A DNA stretch of 60,959 nt, counting the filler, from Chiloscyllium plagiosum (taxonomy: Eukaryota): NCBI RefSeq assembly GCF_004010195.1. It is 5 parts of 2 records of this genome, joined end to end, with 100 filler letters (N's around TTAATTAATTAA, not from the genome) between each part and the next. Parts side by side here need not be neighbours in the genome. Positions count along the whole stretch, not along the records: positions 21,449 to 46,223 come from NC_057716.1; positions 46,324 to 54,949 come from NC_057716.1; 3 more parts are not named here. One strand, given 5' to 3'. Under the pieces are notes generated by a model that was given only the letters and a program-made list of their open reading frames with translations, was not told the origin of the DNA and did not search any database. A program made the position numbers and the translations under genes. This document shows, in pieces, positions 39,201 to 50,537 of the stretch. The first letter of the stretch is position 1. Each line of letters opens with the position of its first letter.

Positions 39201-39859
39201 AAAGCAAGTTAATGCTTTTTAAGCACCTTGTTGATGACCCAACCTGCCTCATTGATATTCAGCTTTCAATGTAATCAAACTCACCAAACAAGTGAGACAT
39301 CAAGGAAATGTGGTATGGAAACCAAATCATCTCTGGTGAAGCGAGCTCGCCATTTGCTCTGAACAATCCCCTTGTAATTCAAGAGGGATTGCCTTCACTC
39401 ATGGATCCCAGCATAGTAACTCAAGGGCAGCCTCCAATACCGTGGCAGACTGGTATACCTTTGACAGACTCAGTCAGCCACTCATGGCAATCAGAGTTGG
39501 AATGCTCTCCATGTATGGGATGAGGAGCTTAATAATGGGCAGCCCCAACTATTGAGCTGCTGAGGATTGTTTTCATCCTGTATTGAGAGAGAAGGGCAGA
39601 TTTTAAGGGAGATGGAAGTGGGTGTCACAGCTATTACTTTTGGTGCAGGTTGTGAGGCATCCTGAGTGAGTGAGTAAGCAGTGAGAGGGCATGCAGGGTC
39701 AGTATATTTGAGGTTGGAGTGAGTCACAGTGAGTGAGTGAAGATTTTGCACGCATCAATAAGAGTGGTAAAGTCCGAGCTTTGGTGGGAGGTGGGTACAG
39801 CCAGAAAGGCAGAGTGAGTGTTGGAATCAGAGAGAAGATAGTGACAGTTACACTAGCAA

Positions 39860-40060
39860 ACTTGAGAACGACTTTGAACATCTTTCCACAGTGCTTAAGG
39901 ATGGCTGAGAGAGTGCTTAAATCCAGGTGGCAACCGCAGAGCAGGCTAGCATAATCTGATATCATGGTCTCCTCTGCTAACTCTTTACCAGCCCATCCAG
40001 CAGAGCCTCCAGGTCTCTACCTTAACCTCAGAGCATTCATTTCTTCCTATCTGCCATGTC
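39860..40060 (-). mobile_element. Degenerate Harbinger-like Myb/SANT remnant
   Basis: Minus strand, across frames: MADRKK...DLEALLDGL...KHCGKMFKVVLKFAS, similar to 11325-11570. Confidence 0.4.
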
Positions 40061-40388
40061 CAGGCAAAATAGCAAGAACCGTGCAAGGTGTGCCCTGGAT
40101 TGACAATTTTTGTTGAGGTGCACATGATTTTTAAAGCAAGGGTACGGGATAGGGATAGCAGTGAATGCCGAGATATCTGTTGATTGGCAAGTTGGTTCTA
40201 GGAATGTTGCGTGGTAAGTTGGGGCCAGAATTGGACACAAGGATGAAATGCTGTAGAGTAAGTAGTTAATGAGGTTGATGCAGCAAAAAAACCCATTTAG
40301 CCTTGCAACAAAATTCCCTCCGAACAAATCAACACAATTTAGACATAGACATTAGAGTCAACCCTTCCTCTCCATTTTCGCATTATTA

Positions 40389-41765
40389 GAGTCACAGAGT
40401 CATAGAGATGTACAGCATGAAAATAGACCCTTCAGTCCAACCCATCCATGCCGACCAGATATCCCAACCCAATCTAGTCGCATCTGCCAGCACCCGACCC
40501 ATATCCCTCCAAGCCCTTCCTATTCATATACCCATCCAGATGCCTTTTAAATGTTGCAATTGTACCAGTCTCCTCCACTCCGTCTGGCAGCTCATTCCAT
40601 ACACGTACCACCCTCTGTGTGAAAAGGTTGCCCCTTAGGACTCTTTTAAACCTTTCCCCTCACACCCTAAACCTATGTCCTCTAGTTCTGGTCTCCCCCA
40701 GGGAAAAAACCTTGTCTATTTATCCTATCCATGCCCCTCATGATTTTACGAACCTCTATAAGGTCACCCCTTAGCCTTCGATGCTCCAGGGAAAACAGCA
40801 CTAGCCTATTCAACCTCTCCCTCTAGCTCAAATCCTCCAACCCTGGCAACATCCTTGTAAATCTTTTCTGAACCATTTCAAATTTCACAACAACTTTCCA
40901 ATAGGAAGGAGACCAGAATTGTTTGCAATATTGCAACAGTGGCCTAACCAACATCCTATACAGCCGCAACATGACCTCCCAACTCCTGTACTCAATACTC
41001 TGACCAATAAAAGAAAGCATACCAAATGCCTTCTTCACTATCCTATCTACCTGCGACTCTACTTTCAAGGAGCTATGAACCTGCACTCCAAGGTCTCTTT
41101 GTTCAGCAACACTCCCTAGGACATTACCATTAAGTGTATAAGTCCTGCTCTGATTTGCTTTCCCAAAATGCAGCACCTCTCATTTATCTAAATTAAACTC
41201 CATCTGCCGCTCCTCAGCCCATTGGCCCATTTGATCAAGATCTGAATGTAATCTGAGGTAACCTTCTTCGCTGTCCACTTCACCTCCAATTTTGGTGTCA
41301 TCTGGAAACTTACTAACTATACCTCCTATGTTCATGTCCAAATCATTTATATAAATGATGAAAAGTAGTGCACTTAGCAATGATTCTTGTGGCACTCCAA
41401 TGGTCACAGGCCTCCATTCTGAAAAACATCCCTCCACCACCTCTGTCTTTTACTTTTGAGCCTGTTCCGGATCCAAATGGGTAGTTCTCCCTGTGATGAG
41501 ATCTAATCTTGCTAACCAGTCTCCCATGGGGAACTTTGTCAAACGCATTACTGTAGTCCATATAGATCATATCTAACATTCTGCCCTCATCAATCCTCTT
41601 TGTTACTTCTTCAAAAAAACACAATCAAGTTTGGGGGACATGATTTCCCACACAAAGCCATGCTGATTATCCCTAATCAGTCCTTGCCTTTCCAAATGCA
41701 TGTACATCCTGTCCCTCAGCATTCCCTCCAACAACTTGCCCACCACCGACGTCAGGTTCACCAGT
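40389..41765 (-). mobile_element. CR1 LINE ORF2 RT to 3' end
   Basis: IYMDYSNAFDKVPH, FIIYINDLD, SKFPDDTKIGG in ORFs 41343..41624, 41180..41440, 40823..41176. Confidence 0.95.
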
Positions 41766-43039
41766 CAATCACTAGATTATAGACCAGAAAAAAAGGTGCA
41801 CTGTCCAATGTTACCAAACTAAATTTGACTCAAAGAGATTATTTTTTATTCTGTTTATCCCAAGCATGATTTCTGTTTGGCAAATCAATGTAGTTTTTAT
41901 GTCTGAATAAAGGGTTAACTAATCTATTGGTATAATATTTGGCAAATTAACATACATTCACACTAACAGATTCAAAGCTTTTTGATGTAGTTGCCTTTGG
42001 TGTTTTCCCTCAATTCTGCCGAAAGTAACCAAGCAGTTATTACCTCTTAAGGGCTTTAACATATTTTGTTCTTTAGTAATGGTCCCAGTAGATTGCTTCA
42101 GAGAGCTGGTCCATTCAAAAGTCAAGGCTACATGTAATGCTGGCTGACCTTAGCTTGCATGTAAATTTATTATGTGACCGTGCCTAAAGCTGGAGATATT
42201 TATGAAGAATAGAGACACTTATAAAATAGTAGACTGGTTACACGTGATAGTACACCCAAAACTCATACATCAATCATTTATTGTCCAAATTATGTGGGGA
42301 GATCACTCAGCTTCAAACAGATCATATGGCCCTAATTTATACAATGCCACACTCTCCTCTCTAAACTTACAAATTGAAAGCAGAATCTTAAAATTTGAAG
42401 AATACCTTTGCTTTACAATATGGTATTTGGTGCCAGCACATATTAAAATATCAACCATCAATCTGAAGAGAAGAGAAAACAGAAATTAAAAGAAAGTTGA
42501 ACAATTTTATTTACAACACTGCAGGTAACACCATAAACAATTATTCAGGACAATTTATTTTTAAAAGCTTTTATTATCTTAAATTGCAGTTACTTGTAAC
42601 AACTCCAAGTTGAGAAAATTTATTGACATAACAAGCCAAAAACTATGGAAGGACCATTTCAGGACATCAGTGGTTAGGGTGGTAAGATTTCTTCATAAAA
42701 TAATTTAGAAATCACTTTTGATTAAAAATAGCAAGCTGAATACAAATTGTGTCTTGTTCTGTAGATTTTTTGTGCACCTGCACAAATATAGCACCTTGAG
42801 CATAGTATTTACTATGAAGTTGGTGTCTTCATAAGAAGTATTTGTGGGTGATATTTTCCATTTTGTAACATGCACAATGTATTAATATAAATTTTATTTT
42901 AAAAATATCACCTCTGCTCAAAACATGAGGGATGTCAATAATTTTGTACGAAAGGAAAATGTATAATCAATTTTAATTTGGCTGTTCATTCAATTACCTT
43001 CTAAGATGTTAACTAGTGAAATGAGGTGCCTTCAGCAAT

Positions 43040-43250
43040 AGCTTTTAGCGCGAGGCGTGATTAGTTCCATGGTCTGAGACTCATGACCACAATCGCACCC
43101 TAAATCATCCCTAAACTTCCATTTATGGAGCAGGTGGCCACACTCTGTATGCATGCCCTGTAGATTTATTGTTCAGTACTGCCCAAAGTCTCTGACAGAG
43201 ACTGAAGCTAGCCACTGCTGCTGTGGGTCAGTTTTCAGTTGAAGTTAGAA
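43040..43250 (-). mobile_element. Ancient non-CR1 LINE 3' remnant with Cys knuckle (clade uncertain)
   Basis: Minus strand, across frames: RLWAVLN...CGHLLHKWKFRDDLGCDCGHESQTMELI. Confidence 0.5.
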
Positions 43251-44749
43251 TCACTTTAAGACTTCCCAATAACTGCTTAACACAGAAGGATCACAACATT
43301 GAACCTCACAATTTCTATCTTAGGTGATTATGTGATGCTATCAGAGACTGTTTTGCAATCTTCAGTGTTATCGACACTGCAAAAATAGAATTTGCTCAGA
43401 TAAATTATTCATAAAATAATACATGCCCATGAGTAAAGTAGATTTTATTATTTTGGATTCTGTTTTCCCTTTTTTTCAGTTGTATGGGTTGATATTCTAA
43501 TCATTAGGATTGCAATATTTTAGTTTAATGTTTTAACATTTTTAGTTGGCCTAAGTGGACTGTTTTTGGCAATCGTTGCTGCATCATAAAATCAGAGCAT
43601 TTTGAATCACAGCCAATCTCCTGCTTTTGCCCTGCAACCCTGTACATTGTATCTGTTTAAATAATCATCGAATGCCTTCTTGAATGTCACAATTGAGCGT
43701 ACTGCACAAAGACATTGGTCATCATCATTTGAAGTAATATTTAGCAACCATACTAACATAAGTTAATTAAATAAAAAAACTGCCAACAATTTTTGAAATC
43801 AAATATTACATTAGAAACTAATATGAGAAAAGTTAAAGTTAAATAGGCTTCATTAAACGATGTCTTGCAATTTTCGAAACTTGGACACAGCACACAAATA
43901 TACTTGGGTTCAAAGACATATTAGTTTACATTTAAATTTTCTATATGGATAATTGCCAGTTTTGTTTTCACTGTATTATAGAAAGTTGAAGGAAAATGGG
44001 AAATTAATTGGAGTTTACTCAGCTATTTGATCTCAAAGCAGGATTTTGCTTGAATAGTATATGACAACGGACTGAAACAAAATGATAGACTAATACATCC
44101 ATTTTATTAAGCTATCTGGACTATGAGAGCTCAAAATTAAAATATAATACATTTTGAACAGAAAGAATAGTGCTAGACCTGTCAAGCAAATTCACAGCAT
44201 TCCAGAAAAGTATCTAATGTCATGTTTGATCACTGCAAGATGCAGATTTGGTCCAATTCTTCAATTTTACTGTGTCTGCTGCAAACATTCAATTTGTGAA
44301 GTTTGAAATAAACACAGATGCCACAATATCTATAAAATAGCATACTTTAATAGGTGTGACTATCTGAACCTATTCTTGACACCTGACCTTGCCCAATGAG
44401 GAAAGTCAAAGCAATATCATTTAATTCAGTAACATTGAAGAGAACAAATATAGGTTCCTTACAATCAGAAGCATGGAAAGTTACAATGAGGAACAAAAAG
44501 ATGGCAGGCCAATTAAATGCAAATTTTGGTTGTTTTCAGAAAAGGATGACACAAATAATATAGGTGGACACAGAGACAGCAGCACTAGTGGGAGAAAGGA
44601 AATCAGTATTATTGTGGAAATTGATGGGATTAAAGGCTGATAAATTCCCACAGCCATATGACCTACATCCAGAGCACTTAAGGAAGTGGCCCTCGGAGTA
44701 ATGGATGTATTGGGGGGGGGGGGTGGTCATCTTTGAATTTCTATAGACG

Positions 44750-44885
44750 CTGGAAACTGCACTGATCCAGGTAGCAATCTCAGAAAAAGCTGGCAGTCTC
44801 TGGTGTTGCTGAGAGAAGATCCTCTGTATCACCCTATCCACCAGGACCTCAAGGCTCCTGTCTGTGAAGCAGTATACCTATTTCA
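44750..44885 (-). mobile_element. Degenerate Harbinger-like Myb/SANT remnant
   Basis: CFTDRSLEVLVDRVIQRIF...PAFSEIATWISAVSSV. Confidence 0.45.
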
Positions 44886-45961
44886 GTGCAGCTGTGAACC
44901 GACGGTGCCTGACCTGGTGCATGGCTGAGCATTAAAAATTGCACGGACTCCACAAATCTTGGGAGGGTCTGTCAGTAATGAGTATTTCCAGCGGTTCGTG
45001 AGAGGAAGGATACGATGCGTAGGGCACCATAGACACATGATGCATTAATAATGGTATGAGTTCAGGAAGACAGAGCGAGAAATCTTGCTTGAGCTCACAC
45101 AGAAAAATTCTTCATGAAACTCAGCAAAATTGACCTGTTGCCAAATTCCAGTAAAATTCAGCTCATAGTTTTAAAGTCCTCTATTAGGTCACATTAAGGT
45201 CTAGTCTTTTCATGAGAAAAAGGGTACAACTTAATCATCCTATCCTGATCAGTGTGACTCTGCGGTATAGCCCATGTTTTTCTTTCGCACTGTCTCCAGT
45301 ATTTTTAGTTTGCAACATAATGACCAGAAGTTACATAGTATTCTAAAAACATATACGATTCTTAGGGAATTTGACAGAGTAGATGAGGAGACGTTGTTTT
45401 CTCTTGTGACATAATCTCAGAATAGGCAGATTACACATTAATGACAGTCATGAAAAGAAATTTCTTCTCTCAGAAGATGTGAATCTGGGAAATACTTTAC
45501 CACAGGGGCCTGTTGAGTTTGGGTTACTTAGTATTTTCAAGGTTTAGATAGACAAATCTTTAATCAGGAAGGGAATCAAGGGTTATGGGGAAAAGACAGC
45601 AAAGTGAACTTGAGGATTATCAGATCAGCCAGGATCTCATTGAATGGTGGAGCAGGCTCAATGGGCTGAATGGCCTACTTCTGCCACTACATTATGGTTT
45701 TATTAAGTGCAACTAAACCAAGTTCATGGGTGAAATTTCCACCTAGCGTATCAAGAATAGTGAGGGATGGCTTAACCAGTCGAGATTTAGAAAAAACTCG
45801 TCCAATTAAGTTCTGAAGCCTTGGATAATGAGTTCAGTATTGCACCATCAGATGGCAAGAAGCTTATTTCCATATAGTCACGTCTCATATTAGCCCAACT
45901 CACCACATTAGCATTATGTGTTTAATATTCCTCTCTGTACTTGAGAGACTTAAAGATGCAA

Positions 45962-46223
45962 AAGGAGAAAGTGAGGTCTGCAGATGCTGGAGATCAGAGC
46001 TGGAAATGTGTTGCTGGAAAAGCGCAGCAGGTCAGACAGCATCCAGGGAACAGGAGAATCGACGTTTCGGGCATAAGCCCTTCTTCAGGAATGGGGAAAG
46101 TTTGTCCAGCAGGCTAAGATAAAAGGTAGGGCGGAGGGACTTGGGGGAGGGGCGTCGGATCACATTTCCGACGCCCCCCCCCCCAGTCCCCCCCCCCTAC
46201 CCTTTCTCCTAGCCCCCTCGGCA
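45962..46223 (-). mobile_element. PLE family B 3' end with intact hammerhead core (46061-46088)
   Basis: Reverse complement CTGAAGAAGGGCTTATGCCCGAAACGTC, identical to 35263-35290. Confidence 0.82.
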
Positions 46224-46323
46224 NNNNNNNNNNNNNNNNNNNNNNNNNNNNNNNNNNNNNNNNNNNNTTAATTAATTAANNNNNNNNNNNNNNNNNNNNN
46301 NNNNNNNNNNNNNNNNNNNNNNN
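46224..46323. other. Artificial 100-nt contig linker
   Basis: N44-TTAATTAATTAA-N44. Confidence 0.9.
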
Positions 46324-46397
46324 GGAGGCGGAGATCGACATGGGGGTGGAGATCGATGTGGAGGCGGAGATCGACATGGGGGTGGAGATCGACGTGG
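46324..46397. repeat. 18-bp tandem repeat, about 4 copies
   Basis: GG(A/G)GG(C/T)GGAGATCGA... units at the contig edge. Confidence 0.75.
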
Positions 46398-46629
46398 GAC
46401 TGGCATAACATGCAGTGTGGTCCTTGAGCAGGTGAGTGATGTCACTGGGGGCAGAAGTTGCATAATAAATAACACATGCCCACTAAGCACAAAATAACTT
46501 AAAAGGGTCACGCAGTGGGGAAAAAAGTTGTGCAAAACAACAAAATCATAAATGGAAAATTGGCAGAGACACAGTGAATCAGCAGGACTCATGGATGTCA
46601 CTTTTGACAGTTTTTCTCCTCTGAATCAC

Positions 46630-47720
46630 ATAGGAAACAGAAATGGAAACATTTGGCCCCTTGAGCCCTCCTCAACCAAATAAGACAGTGGCTGAAATTA
46701 TTTTGACTATAACTCCACTTTCCCGCCTGCCCCACAGACCCTTGGCTCCCTCAGAATTCCAAGATCTCGACTCACCATTGATTATGATTCAACCACCACT
46801 GATCTCTGAAAAGAAAGTTCCAAAGATTAATGCAATTCTAAAGGGAGAAATTCTCCTTAGCTCCAACTTAAATGGAGGGTTCATTATTGTGCATTTTGCT
46901 CCTTAGTTTGAGATTGCCCATGGGGAGAAATATTCTCTCAGTAACTACACTGTGAAGCCCCCTCAGAATTATGTTTCAATAAGATAACTTTTCATTCATC
47001 TAATCCTCTAATGAGTCCAGGCATAACCTGCTCAACCTTTCCCTGTAAGACATCCTTTCATCCCAGGAATCAATCTAGTCAACCTTCAAAGTAACTTTAT
47101 CCCTCTTTAAGTAAGGAGGCTAAATTGCATCCTGTAAGTGCAGACTCACAAGTGCTCTGTACAATTATAGCAAGAATTCCCTCCTTTTATACTCCATCCC
47201 CCTTTGCATAAAAGCTAACATCCCATTTATCTTTCTAATTACTTACTAAACCTACACATTGACATTTTATGATTAACATATGAGGTAACCAATCCCTACA
47301 TATTGCAACATTCTGCAATCTATCTCTCTAAATTTCAATAATCTATTTTTCTATTCTTCCTGCTGAAGGGAACAACATTATGTCTTCCACTTTATACTCC
47401 ATCTGTCAAACAACAGCCCATTCACTTCATCTATTTCCTTTGCAGTCTCCTTGTATGATTCTCAAAAATTGATTTCTGACCTATCTGTGCATCATTGCAA
47501 ATTTGACAACAAAATAATTGGTACTTCATTCAAGTAATTCAGAATGTAAATAGTTGAGACCCCAGGACTAACCTTCTGACATTCTATCAGTTACAGTTTA
47601 CTAACCTACAAATGACCCACAAGTCCTAATTGTCTGCTTCCTGTTCATTAATCCATCTATGTTAATACATTAATCCCAACCATTGAATGCTTATCTAAAG
47701 TCATAAACTTTTATGCAGGA
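46630..47720 (-). mobile_element. Old CR1-group LINE 3' portion
   Basis: Degenerate similarity to the reverse complement of 21449-22267. Confidence 0.55.
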
Positions 47721-49766
47721 ATACGTTTTTTTTTTCTTTTTTTCCTGTGATAGAGCAAATCAAAATGCTGTTTTTTTACTTCATAATACAAATGCTTTAA
47801 ACAATGTTAAACATAAAATATAAGTCCTATTATAAATATAAAGAGTAGGCCAGTTTCCCACATATATAATAAAGCTGGGGCATGAATGTTTCTGTTGTGA
47901 GTAATGTAGACGTTATTGAATTCTTTTGTTCAACATTGGTTTTGAAACCACTGAAAGATAAATATGCAAAGAATTCATGGCAATATATTGTAGATTTGTT
48001 TAAGAGGGCATATTAAAGAACCCTTGTACAAACCAATGCTAAAAAATGGAAAGCAGTGCTGATTCTCACACTTCCTTAATAATGACTGGTTTTCCATGGA
48101 AAAAATTCTGAATACATGCTGTTGGTACGCAGCCAGCTAATTAACACAGCTTATTTTCCATGTCTGGCAATAGATGTGTCTTAGTAACTCAGCCGGTATT
48201 TCCCCACTTCACATAGTTTGATACTCTCTGTCTTCCCACGCCTGGGAGCAGCACAAGATTCTACCCATTAATTATGCTTCACTCTCCATAGGTGCTGCCT
48301 GACTAGTTGTCTATATTCAGTAACTTCAGGAGCAAATTACCACAGGTGCTGAGATCTGAACTGAAAACAACAAATGCTGGACATCACAACAGGTCAAGTA
48401 GCATCCATGGAGGGAGAGCAAGCTAACATTTTGAACCTAGATGACTCTTCATCAGAACAATGTCTGGCCCAGGAAAGTGTACAACACAGAGCACTCCAAT
48501 ATATTAGGATCAGTAGGGATTAGGGAGACAGTAGGTCTGAGATCCATGCAGTGTATGGATCTATGCATCATGTTCTAAAGGGTTCTAAAGAGCATCACAT
48601 CAATGGGTCTTGAAGCAACTGACCTCACAGGTTGAGACACTTATTCCACCCACTCCAGATATGCTCTCAGCCATCTTCTTTGCAGTTGTATAAATTCGAT
48701 TTCTAACACAATAGCATAAGAAGGTAAGCACTAAGAAAGGGAGTAGACCATTCAGCTCCTCAAACTTGCCCCACCATTCAACAAGATCATGGCTGAGATC
48801 TGCCCCAGGCCTCAACTCCTCTTTCATGCCAGCTCATCATTACCCTAAAATCTCTGCTATTTCAAAAATCTGTCTACCCTCTCTTTAAATACTTCCAGCG
48901 ATCTAGCCCTCATGACTCTCTGTGGTAGAGCATTCCATACATTCTCTAAACTTGAACAAAAGAAATTTCTTCACATTTCAGTTTTACTCTGTACTTATGT
49001 CCGGTAGTTTGAGATGCAGATTTGTTGGAAAGGGATAGTGAATACGTTTTGGCTAGTGGCTTCCAGTTTCCACCTCAACTTGCCTAAGAGGCACTGAACA
49101 TCCAGATCCCTTTCCCCATGGCCTTTCCCATGAAACCGTTGAGATTTGTGCCTTTGCAGGTCCCCACACAACCCATCCACAGGAGCCTAGACTTGCCCAA
49201 GTTTCTATGTCAGACTCTGGCATATCAGATGACAATGCCAAGTATTGTCATACACTACCCCCCACTTGAACTCAGGAACATTGGTTCCCCTATCACCTCC
49301 ATCCCACCTTTCCCTGGTTTCTTTGGACAGAACCAACAGATTGACAGTGTCACACCCCCTTGAGTAACACAACTGACCAGCCCTAAGCAAGAAGTACTCA
49401 GATCCCTAACTGATGGCTGTGCATCTCCCAAACGCATTAACCACAGCCCCAGATTGAACACCAAAAAAACCAATGTCTGAGTGTGACCAACTCCATGAAG
49501 TTCAGCAGCAAAGAGCCCCTGATTGAGAATATCTGACCAGATACCTGACTGCAGCCATACCTTGGACTGGTATCCGAGGATGATTTACTGTGCTGGGACC
49601 CAACAGACTGACGGGCTCCTTCATGATCTTCTGTGAGGATCACTCCCCTAAGACTTTGAGATATGGCTGTTGCTTGCTGCACATGCAGTATGTGACATTG
49701 ACATATGGCATGATGCTGTCCAGCAAGATATACAAACCCTTTAGATAATACAACTAACCAGCAAGG

Positions 49767-50381
49767 TGTAAATATATGGCTTACTTGTAAAATAGAAGGC
49801 TGGCTGCGAGTGTAAATGTATTCAGCATTCGGAAGCCTGTGGTGACGCTGTGTAACGCCGCAGAAGGCGGTCACGTGACGTTCCGTTTCATGCCCTGGAA
49901 GAGTGCGGGGTGGTCACGTGACATTCCGTTTCACGCCCCGGAAGAGTGCGGGGCGGTCACGTGACGTTCCGTTTCGCGCCCCGGAAGAGTGCGAGGAGGT
50001 CACGTGATGCTCCGTTTCGCGGGCAAAAGAAGGTCACGTGGGGTCGGACATCCGGGAATGCGAGGAGGCGGAGAATGGAGTCAGATCAACAGCCAATCAG
50101 AAGATAATTCTACCTCAGTGTTTGTATGTTGTTTTTTATTGTATAAAAGACTGGGTCAGGGACAGAACGGGGTCTTACTTTTTGAACTGGCACACATTGT
50201 AGTTTGTCAGGGACAGAAAGGTTTAGACCCAGAGCTCTGAATGCCTTATCCACTTACTGTTTAAAATAAATTAAGAGTGTGAGACCGAATATCTTCTCCT
50301 ATTGCTTCATTTAAAAGAACACGCAGGACTTGGCTCACACATAGAAGAAAGTAAGTTGGTAGATTGAGCCAAAGTCCATCA
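49767..50381 (+). mobile_element. ERV 5' LTR (5' boundary uncertain)
   Basis: Tandem repeats, CCAAT (about 50094), TATAAAA (50142-50148), AATAAA (50265-50270), ends ...CCATCA just before the PBS. Confidence 0.78.
49869..50040 (+). promoter_or_regulatory. 43-bp tandem array in LTR U3 with five GTCACGTG E-boxes
   Basis: GTCACGTG at 49870, 49913, 49956, 49999, 50033; units also carry CCGGAAG and TTTCGCG. Confidence 0.75.
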
Positions 50382-50384
50382 AAT

Positions 50385-50402
50385 TGGTGACCTCGATGTG
50401 AT
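50385..50402 (+). promoter_or_regulatory. Primer binding site, tRNA-Trp-like
   Basis: TGGTGACCTCGATGTGAT is 16/18 identical to the tRNA-Trp PBS as I recall it (TGGTGACCCCGACGTGAT); both changes are C>T; 3 nt after the LTR CA. Confidence 0.8.
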
Positions 50403-50537
50403 GAAGACGGAGAAGTGACGGAAAGAGAGAAAAATAGAAACAACGGACAACTGATGTTTGATGACAACAACAAGCGGCGCCACATAAAAAAAAAGTGAGC
50501 AGACGCCTGTTTATATTGAAGTTCTGCAATTGGAGAT

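Noticed and set aside
41800..44400. AT-rich stretch as ferroportin last exon or 3' UTR
   Set aside because: No terminal ferroportin coding sequence found, and it lies on another segment.
49869..50040. CRISPR-like regularly spaced palindromes
   Set aside because: The intervening sequences are near-identical, so this is a tandem repeat in an LTR; no cas genes; eukaryotic context.
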